Positions 8,710 to 14,979 of a stretch of 41,453 nucleotides of DNA are shown piece after piece. Position numbers and translations under genes: made by a program. The notes under the pieces were generated by a model. It searched no databases. It saw nothing but the letters and a program-made list of their open reading frames with translations, and was not told the DNA's origin. The stretch spans positions 1 through 41,453 of the forward strand of contig DASZJB010000083.1 in assembly GCA_035948615.1 (NCBI GenBank). The letters run 5' to 3'. Origin of the DNA: Candidatus Dormiibacterota bacterium (GTDB lineage: Bacteria > Chloroflexota > Dormibacteria > Aeolococcales > Aeolococcaceae). Each line of letters opens with the position of its first letter. Position 1 is the first letter of the stretch.

Positions 8710-9710
8710 AGGCGTCCAAGGTCGACAAGCAGACCTACTACCGCGGGGTCCGGATGATCCCCTATGACCTCCTCAAGGAGGTCACGATCGCGATGGTCGC
8801 TGTCCTGGGCGTGGTGCTGATCCTTTCAGCCGTGCTGTCCTCGCCCGACGTGCCCTCGGTCACGTTGCAGACCTGGTCGAAGGCGAACCCCATCGACTTC
8901 CTCACCACCGCCTCAGGCGAGCTTTCCGGTTCCACCGTCGTGGCCGGCTACGGACCGCCGTACAACTCCGGGACCGGCTCGGTGCAGAGCTGGGGGCCGC
9001 TGGAGCCCCAGCAGTGGGCCGGTGTGCACGTCCCCATCGACGCACCCAACGACTTCGTGCTCCAGCCCCTCACCCAGGCCACCGCCGGGGATGCCGAACT
9101 CGCCGCTGCATTGACGGCATACCAGGCGGCACCGAGCGACCAGCAGCAGAAGTGGCTCACGAGTTACACGACCGCACTCGGCACGGCGACGCTGGCGTCG
9201 GACGGCACCGTGACCGTTCCCTCTGGAGACTTCGGGCCGGTGACGGTGCTCATGAACCGCATGCTCACGCTGGCCAGGTCCGGCGGCCTGGATGCCCTCC
9301 TCCTGACCAGCGACCACTTTTATCAGACTGACTTCTCGCGGGCGCTGTTGTTCCTGGATGACGGTGGCTACATTGCCGATCTGGCAACGCAGCAGAAGCT
9401 CATCGGCAGTGACTGGGGCGTGATGAACGAGACAGGCCGCTATCCGGGCTCGGCATGGCTCTGGCTTTACACCATGTGGTATCAGATCCCGCCGTTCAAC
9501 TCATCGACCGGATTTCTGGGCATCAGCGCCGCCAACACCGACCTTGCCGTGGTTGGCGTGATGCTCCTGCTGACGGCGCTGCTCTTTCTGGTCCCCTTCA
9601 TTCCCGGCCTGCGTGACATCCCGCGTTGGATCCCGATTCACAAGCTGATCTGGCGCCGTCACTACGCGGAGATGCGCCGAACCGGTGCCACAAACACCAT
9701 GCAGCAGTAG
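8706..9710 (+). CDS. membrane protein: N-terminal TM, ~260-aa extracytoplasmic domain, C-terminal segment resembling the cytochrome b C-terminal / subunit IV ef-loop plus helix
   Basis: GTG 8706 overlaps the cytochrome b TGA (GTGA). TM1 is VTIAMVAVLGVVLILSAVL. The C-terminal WLYTMWYQIPPFN...LAVVGVMLLLTALLFLVPFIPGL loosely parallels PEWYFL.PF...G.....L.LLP. The track ORF part at 5'-side coordinates 8505-8705 was ignored. Confidence 0.85.
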   Translation: MKASKVDKQTYYRGVRMIPYDLLKEVTIAMVAVLGVVLILSAVLSSPDVPSVTLQTWSKANPIDFLTTASGELSGSTVVAGYGPPYNSGTGSVQSWGPLEPQQWAGVHVPIDAPNDFVLQPLTQATAGDAELAAALTAYQAAPSDQQQKWLTSYTTALGTATLASDGTVTVPSGDFGPVTVLMNRMLTLARSGGLDALLLTSDHFYQTDFSRALLFLDDGGYIADLATQQKLIGSDWGVMNETGRYPGSAWLWLYTMWYQIPPFNSSTGFLGISAANTDLAVVGVMLLLTALLFLVPFIPGLRDIPRWIPIHKLIWRRHYAEMRRTGATNTMQQ

Positions 9711-10135
9711 AGGATCACAGCGATGGCGACGTGCATGGCCATCAAGACGGCGACTGCGTCCGCGGGCTGACCGCGGACGAGCAGCCATGCGTCTGGTAGG
9801 AACAGCGCCATGCTCGCCAGGACCATAAGGCATCCATACAGCGCGCGAGGCGCGGAACTGATGCGCGTGAGCACGGGCCAGCCTGCGGCACCGCCGAGGA
9901 CGCCGATGATCGTGAGCTTCGCGTAGTCGTCGAACCGGAAATGCTCGTATCCCGCGGTCCCCGGAAAGATGCGCGTGCCGATGGCGACGAGGATCGCGTC
10001 GGCGGCCAGAGACGCGAGCATGACGATCATGGTTGCGACCGCCAGCCGCATTGGCGTCGGTTGGCGGTGAGACGGCGCCCAATCCAAGCGAGCCATTGCC
10101 AGGGTGCGGTCGATCAACGGAATCTCTGCCCTCAC
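9662..10135 (-). CDS. hypothetical 4-TM membrane protein, apparently leaderless (GTG 10135; alternative ATG 10096)
   Basis: Hydrophobic segments include LAVATMIVMLASLAADAILVAI, LTIIGVLGGAAGWPVL, LYGCLMVLASMALF and VAVLMAMHVAIAVILYCCMVFV. TACGCT lies 6 nt upstream of GTG 10135. The track start at 10291 would overlap the response-regulator gene. Confidence 0.75.
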   Translation of the reverse strand: MRAEIPLIDRTLAMARLDWAPSHRQPTPMRLAVATMIVMLASLAADAILVAIGTRIFPGTAGYEHFRFDDYAKLTIIGVLGGAAGWPVLTRISSAPRALYGCLMVLASMALFLPDAWLLVRGQPADAVAVLMAMHVAIAVILYCCMVFVAPVRRISA

Positions 10136-10141
10136 AGCAGC

Positions 10142-10176
10142 AGCGTATCGTGGGCTCCCTTGCGGAACGGTGAAGG
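10142..10176 (-). promoter_or_regulatory. promoter core: 19-nt motif CCTTCACCGTTCCGCAAGG, N10, TACGCT, N6, GTG start
   Basis: Read on the minus strand, the motif is at 10176-10158, the -10-like TACGCT at 10147-10142, and the start codon at 10135-10133. The same architecture is present at 14952-14909. Confidence 0.5.
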
Positions 10177-10239
10177 TGTGGTCTTCGAGTAGGCTCAATT
10201 CGCGTGCACCAGTCTCAACATTCCCCATGACGCCCTGCC

Positions 10240-10914
10240 ATGCATGTCCTGGTCGCTGAAGACGACGCGAAGCTGCTCGAGGTCCTTGCACGAGGGCTGC
10301 GTTCAGCCGGCTACACGGTCGATGTCGCCGCTCGGGGGGATGAGGCGCTCGCCCTGCTCCTGCTGAACAGCTATGCGGCAGCCGTTGTCGACTGGCGAAT
10401 GCCGGTCATGGATGGCATCGACGTTGTCACCGCCATCCGCTCGCGGAGCATGTCCACCCCGGTGCTCATGCTCACCGCCCGCGACACCCCGTCGGACCGT
10501 ATTCATGGGCTCGACGCCGGGTGCGACGACTACATGGTCAAACCGTTTGATTTTCAGGAGATGCTTGCCCGTCTCCGCGCCCTGATGCGACGCCCGTCGG
10601 CGACGCTCGGTGTGCGCCTTCGTGCCGGTGGGCTGAGCATCGATCCAGCGGAGCGACAAGCGTCAGTGAACGGCACGGCGCTGGCGCTCACGCCAACTGA
10701 ATATGCGATCGTCGAGCTGCTGGTGCGCCGGAGTCCCGCGGTGGTGAGCCGCGAAACCATTGCAAACCACGCATGGACTGATGCCCTCGACCCGATTGCG
10801 TCCAACAGCATCGACGTCCACGTCACGAGGCTGCGCGCCAAACTGGTTGGTGCGGGTCTCAGGCTGGAAGCGGTTCGGAGCGTGGGCTACCGGCTGGTGG
10901 AGCGGGAGTCGTGA
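10240..10914 (+). CDS. OmpR/PhoB-family response regulator
   Basis: The receiver domain reads MHVLVAEDD...VVDWRMPVMDG...LMLTA...KPF. The winged-helix output reads LTPTEYAIVELL...VDVHVTRLRAKL...VRSVGYRL. Confidence 0.95.
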   Translation: MHVLVAEDDAKLLEVLARGLRSAGYTVDVAARGDEALALLLLNSYAAAVVDWRMPVMDGIDVVTAIRSRSMSTPVLMLTARDTPSDRIHGLDAGCDDYMVKPFDFQEMLARLRALMRRPSATLGVRLRAGGLSIDPAERQASVNGTALALTPTEYAIVELLVRRSPAVVSRETIANHAWTDALDPIASNSIDVHVTRLRAKLVGAGLRLEAVRSVGYRLVERES

Positions 10915-12134
10915 GCACGCGACTCAGCAGACATGCCCTGCGAGTCGCGCTCATCACAACAGCGGTTGTCGCCGGAGTGATGGTCGCGCTCTGCATCGCG
11001 ATCGACGTGATCGTTGCCCAGACACTGCGCTCGTCCGCCACCAGTCGCCTCACCACCGAACTCACACAATTGTCACAACGTCGCGGTGGACCGATCCTGG
11101 TGGAGCCGGACGTCGATGATCCCGTGCTGGTCTGGGAAGTGAACACCGCCGGCGCGATCGTCTCGTCGACAGCGGGAGCGCCGGTCCTCCCGCCGGGCGA
11201 GTTCGCCGCAGCCTCGCCCTCGGAGACGCAGATTGACGGAGCCGACGTCCTCGTGGCCGGTGTTGGCATTCCCACCGGCAGGCTCATCGGCGCCGTGAGC
11301 CTGGGTAATGAGTCGAAGGCGCTCACGACCCTGACGATCACCGAGGCCATCGTCGTGCCAACACTCCTCGTCCTCGTGTTCGGGGGTGCGTTTGTGGTCG
11401 GGCGGCAGACGGCGGGACCGATCGAACGAGCGCGCCGGCGTCAACTCGAATTCACCGCTGACGCCTCGCACGAGCTGCGCACGCCTCTCGCGGTGATCGA
11501 GGCGGAGACGACGCTTGCGCTGGCGGCTCCCGAACGTACTGGCTCTGATGACGCCACGCTCCGCCGCGTTGCAGACGAGACGCACAGGATGCGCGCCATT
11601 GTCGAGGATCTTCTCTGGCTCGCTCGCTTCGACGCGCTGCCCCCGGATCCGGTCACGGAGCCCGTCGATCTCATCACGGCTGCGGAGGTTGGCGTTCAAC
11701 GGTTCATATCCATCGCCGCTCAGGCGCGGTTGCGTCTCCAGAACGGCAGTGATGGAGCGGCGCTCGCACTGGTCGACGCCCCCGCGGACTGGATCGATCG
11801 ACTCATCGGCGTGCTACTCGACAACGCATGCCGGTATACCCCGGCGAACGGAACGGTGAGCGTCGTGGCATCGCGTGACCGCGATCACGTGCGCCTGACC
11901 GTGAGCGACACCGGTCCGGGCATTCCGCTGGAACGGCGTGCGCGCATCTTCGAGCGGTTTCGCCGCGGGACGAGCGACGGCGGCGGAGCAGGACTCGGCC
12001 TCGCGATCGGTAACGCCATTGTCGAAGCGACCAAGGGTCGCTGGCAGATCGCCGACGTTCCGGGTGGCGGAATCTCAGTCGGAGTCGTCTGGGCGCACTC
12101 GCGCACCCGGCTCGTCGACGGATTCCACCCATAG
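10911..12134 (+). CDS. sensor histidine kinase (two TM, ~110-aa extracytoplasmic loop, HisKA + HATPase)
   Basis: The GTG start overlaps the regulator stop (GTGA). The H-box is FTADASHELRTPL. The N and G boxes are LLDNACRYTP, DTGPGIP and GGAGLGLAI. Confidence 0.95.
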   Translation: MSTRLSRHALRVALITTAVVAGVMVALCIAIDVIVAQTLRSSATSRLTTELTQLSQRRGGPILVEPDVDDPVLVWEVNTAGAIVSSTAGAPVLPPGEFAAASPSETQIDGADVLVAGVGIPTGRLIGAVSLGNESKALTTLTITEAIVVPTLLVLVFGGAFVVGRQTAGPIERARRRQLEFTADASHELRTPLAVIEAETTLALAAPERTGSDDATLRRVADETHRMRAIVEDLLWLARFDALPPDPVTEPVDLITAAEVGVQRFISIAAQARLRLQNGSDGAALALVDAPADWIDRLIGVLLDNACRYTPANGTVSVVASRDRDHVRLTVSDTGPGIPLERRARIFERFRRGTSDGGGAGLGLAIGNAIVEATKGRWQIADVPGGGISVGVVWAHSRTRLVDGFHP

Positions 12135-12314
12135 GGCGGCCCTGGGACAGTCGGCTATTGCTCGACGGGCGTGCTCGAGCACGTCATCGGGGAGCGCTCG
12201 CTGATCGATGACGGGATACCCCCAGTCGTCCATCCGGATGCGCTCCGGGAACAGCTCGCCACACATGCCGTGAGCCTTGCACTTGATCGGATCGACGCGC
12301 AGTCGAACCCTCAC
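12075..12314 (-). CDS. small single-cluster ferredoxin (CxxHxxC...CP type)
   Basis: Hand-trimmed from the track ORF 12075..12761, giving VRVRLRVDPIKCKAHGMCGELFPE...RRAIADCPRAAL. GTG 12314 overlaps the NuoF-like TGA (GTGA). The 3' tail overlaps the kinase gene by 60 nt. Confidence 0.8.
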   Translation of the reverse strand: MRVRLRVDPIKCKAHGMCGELFPERIRMDDWGYPVIDQRALPDDVLEHARRAIADCPRAALWVESVDEPGARVRPDDSD

Positions 12315-13597
12315 CACCAACCGGCCTCTGTCGCGGGCACGGGCAGCAGCGGTCGCTGACCTGAATACCTGCACGGACCGCTCTTGAGGTGATGGCGAAG
12401 ATCCGCAGCAAAGACCTCCATCGCGCTGGAGAGGAAGAGCATCGCCCCATCCGGATGCCTGCAGGCGCCCCGGCCCCGGACGTCGTGCGACCAGCGGACG
12501 AGGAGGTCGAGCGCAGCGGGGCGGGCGCGGCCGGTTGCCACCTTGTGGAACGTCTCGGCAATTGCCGGAAGGCCGACATGGCAAGGTCCGCACTGGCCCG
12601 CGGTCTGGCTGGCGAGAAACGTGAGCACTCGATCCGTCTCGCTGATCCCGCACGTCGTTGCCGTTGCGACCACGAGCACGCCGGTCCCCAACGAAACGCC
12701 GACGGATTGCAGGGAATGGGCGTCGATCGTCTTGCTCCAGATGCGATCCGCCGCAACCCATCGGCCGAAATAGCCACCGAGCAGCACCGTCGCCGGCTGG
12801 CCGTCGACACCGCCGGCCCGGTCAACGATGGCACCAACGGTGGTGTCGCACGTCGCCTCGAGGACACCCGGAGTTCGCACTGCCCCACTGACCGTCAACA
12901 GTGCGGTCCCAGGCGATCGCGGCGTACCCACCGATCGAAACCACGGTGCACCGAAGCGGGCGATGAGCGCTGCATGGGCGAGCGTCTCCACGTTTTGGAC
13001 AAGGGTCGGCAGGTGATCGACACCGCTTTGAAACGGACGGGGAGGGACAATCTTCGGCTTGGCGAGATGGCCGGAGACGCGCGCGACCAAGGCTGTCTCC
13101 TCTCCGGCGACGTACCGGTTCGGCCCGACCAGCACCTCGATGAATCGATCGCTGTCGTCACGCCGCCTGCGCTCCCTGATCGCCGCGCTCAGCGCTGCCT
13201 CCACGTCGCTGTGGGACTTCGTCGTGTAGATGACCACCCGTCGAGCACCGACCGTCTCCGCTGCGTGCTCGAGGCCGTCAAGCACAAGGTGAGGCCGGTA
13301 GGTCACCAGGAAGCGATCCTTGAAGCTCGCGGGTTCGCACTCGGCGGCGTTGGCGACCACGACCGCGTCGCCACCGCGCTTTGTGTGTTCCTTGACCGCC
13401 CGCCACTTGCGGCCCGTCGGAAAGTCGGCCCCGCCCCGCCCGCACAGTCCGCTGGCGTCGAGGGCATCGAGCAGTGCATTCGACTCGGGTTGCGGACGCG
13501 GGCCGAAGCTGGCGAGGTGCGCGTCCAGGTCCTCCGGAACCGGACGCGGCGGGAGCAGACGATGGGCGGGGTTGCCGGCGTCGATCGAGACACTCAC
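12311..13597 (-). CDS. NuoF-like (complex I 51-kDa family) FMN/NADH-binding iron-sulfur flavoprotein
   Basis: It carries GLCGRGGADFPTGRKW and NAAECEPASFKDR (51K domain), and C-terminal TAGQCGPCHVG ... GRGACRHPDG (Fe-S region). GTG 13597 overlaps the upstream gene stop (GTGA). Confidence 0.9.
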   Translation of the reverse strand: MSVSIDAGNPAHRLLPPRPVPEDLDAHLASFGPRPQPESNALLDALDASGLCGRGGADFPTGRKWRAVKEHTKRGGDAVVVANAAECEPASFKDRFLVTYRPHLVLDGLEHAAETVGARRVVIYTTKSHSDVEAALSAAIRERRRRDDSDRFIEVLVGPNRYVAGEETALVARVSGHLAKPKIVPPRPFQSGVDHLPTLVQNVETLAHAALIARFGAPWFRSVGTPRSPGTALLTVSGAVRTPGVLEATCDTTVGAIVDRAGGVDGQPATVLLGGYFGRWVAADRIWSKTIDAHSLQSVGVSLGTGVLVVATATTCGISETDRVLTFLASQTAGQCGPCHVGLPAIAETFHKVATGRARPAALDLLVRWSHDVRGRGACRHPDGAMLFLSSAMEVFAADLRHHLKSGPCRYSGQRPLLPVPATEAGWW

Positions 13598-14613
13598 GCG
13601 GTTGCCTTCTGCGTCGTGAGCGTTCCGCCAATCGCGCCGTTGCCCTGGTTCACGATCTGGATCGCGGCGAGCACGCCGCCGCACCGGGCAGTGACCGAGG
13701 TGTTGCCGATCGTCGCCGGCGCCTGGCAGACGTCTCCACCCGATCGGGTGACCGTGAGCGTCCCGCTGCCGTCGGCATTGGCAACGATCACGAGTTGGAG
13801 CGCGCGGTCACGAGTGTCGGTGAGAGTGGCGGTCGCATGGGTGGGCGAACTCACCAAGGTACCGATGAGTGGATCATTCAGACCGGCTGCGAGGTGCGTC
13901 ACCGGAACGGGCGCAGTTGTGGGCCCAGCCCCAGAGCGTGCCAGCAGATCCGCCGGAGTGCCGGCTGCCTTGGCCCAGCCATGCTCCAGCGGCCCCACCG
14001 CCATCCACAGGATCAACGCACCGATCGAGGCGACGCTGCCGGCAATGCCCAGGAAGCGGAGGGCGGTGAACCTCGGCCCGGCGTGGGCAAGGCGCCAAAC
14101 AAGCGCGGCGATAACGGCCCCCACGCACACGGCGACCAGACCCAGCGCCCAGAGCGACTTGGTGTCCGTCCCCGTTCCCAGGCCGTGGATCACGCCGACC
14201 GGCCAGCTGGCGTACGCGAAGAGGTGCACTCCCCGCCACGTCCGCCAGCCGAGGCGGTGCCGTACGAGGCTCGTCGCAGTGATCGCAATCAGCAACTCGA
14301 ACCCGACCACCCCGAGACCGAGCCACAGAGGGCGGTACGACGCGATGAAGGGCACGAACGCATCGAGGAACGTGAGCTTCGCGAATGGGTCGATGATCGA
14401 CGTGAGGATGTGAATGACCAGAAACAACCCAACCAGCAGTGAGACGTTGCGATGCAACGACTGGACGACGAATCTCGGCCACTCGGGGCGGCTCTCACGC
14501 GACGACGTCAATACCCCCAGGACAACGCTCGCGCTCAGGAGGATGAGGGCGGTATAGCCGCTGGCGCGGGTGGCGTACCACATCGGGGTGGGGCCGGCGA
14601 GTGCCGCTAGCAA
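13594..14613 (-). CDS. ferric-reductase-domain (NOX/FRE/MsrQ-like) bis-heme membrane protein with an extra C-terminal domain
   Basis: The His pairs are H-x13-H (SLHRNVSLLVGLFLVIH) and H-x12-H (GVHLFAYASWPVGVIH), within 6-7 TM segments. The C-terminal ~130 aa are beta-rich and unassigned. The start is TTG 14613 or ATG 14583. Confidence 0.85.
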   Translation of the reverse strand: MLAALAGPTPMWYATRASGYTALILLSASVVLGVLTSSRESRPEWPRFVVQSLHRNVSLLVGLFLVIHILTSIIDPFAKLTFLDAFVPFIASYRPLWLGLGVVGFELLIAITATSLVRHRLGWRTWRGVHLFAYASWPVGVIHGLGTGTDTKSLWALGLVAVCVGAVIAALVWRLAHAGPRFTALRFLGIAGSVASIGALILWMAVGPLEHGWAKAAGTPADLLARSGAGPTTAPVPVTHLAAGLNDPLIGTLVSSPTHATATLTDTRDRALQLVIVANADGSGTLTVTRSGGDVCQAPATIGNTSVTARCGGVLAAIQIVNQGNGAIGGTLTTQKATA

Positions 14614-14626
14614 CGGACGGCCCCGG

Positions 14627-14911
14627 TCAGGATCCGCCGGAGACTGTCACGGGCGCACCGTAGCCGTACTGCGGCGCTTGGATCGGTGCGCTGATGCCCG
14701 GTTGCGTGACGCCGCCGTTGTCGGTGACGCCTGGCTGGGTGGCCGGCGTCGTGGTGATCGTGTGGCCGGGGAGGCTCGTCGCCGCCACGAGCGCGAAGAC
14801 CGCAGTGAACGCCGTCGCCCCGGCCGCTGTGTAGATGGTCAACCTGCGCGCGCGGGCCAGGCCGAGGTCCCTTCGAAGGCGGGCGGAATCCAACTGCGAC
14901 TGTCGCGGCAT
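14627..14911 (-). CDS. 94-aa single-TM protein with a Pro/Thr/Gly-rich extracytoplasmic tail, apparently leaderless
   Basis: It has a basic N-terminus, the TM TAAGATAFTAVFALVAATSL, then TTTPATQPGVTDNGGVTQPGISAPIQAPQYGYGAP. TAGGCT lies 6 nt upstream of ATG 14911. Confidence 0.65.
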   Translation of the reverse strand: MPRQSQLDSARLRRDLGLARARRLTIYTAAGATAFTAVFALVAATSLPGHTITTTPATQPGVTDNGGVTQPGISAPIQAPQYGYGAPVTVSGGS

Positions 14912-14917
14912 GAGCAG

Positions 14918-14952
14918 AGCCTACTCGGCACTGCCTTGCGGGACGGTGAAGG
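14918..14952 (-). promoter_or_regulatory. promoter core: 19-nt motif CCTTCACCGTCCCGCAAGG, N10, TAGGCT, N6, ATG start
   Basis: Read on the minus strand, the motif is at 14952-14934, the -10-like TAGGCT at 14923-14918, and the ATG at 14911-14909. It matches the 10158-10176 copy at 18 of 19 positions, with identical spacing. Confidence 0.5.
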
Positions 14953-14979
14953 CCAGCTCCAACACGCGAGGGATCGGCA

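Noticed and set aside
9662-10291. The peptide match FTVPQGS is shared by track ORFs 9662..10291 and 14921..15559, suggesting paralogous proteins.
   Set aside because: The match is just the translation of the shared 19-nt DNA motif. In both cases it lies upstream of the -10 box and the likely start codon, and the rest of the two ORFs are unrelated. I treat it as a regulatory DNA repeat, not protein homology.
12389-14413. Very long antisense or alternative-frame ORFs: 12389..14413, 38935..40542, 31021..32538, 5022..6260, 22066..23826, 20226..20918 and 32618..33769.
   Set aside because: Their compositions are rich in Arg, Pro, Gly and Ala with no recognisable motifs. Each lies opposite or out of frame to a gene with clear family signatures. 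This is the typical open-frame artefact of very GC-rich DNA.
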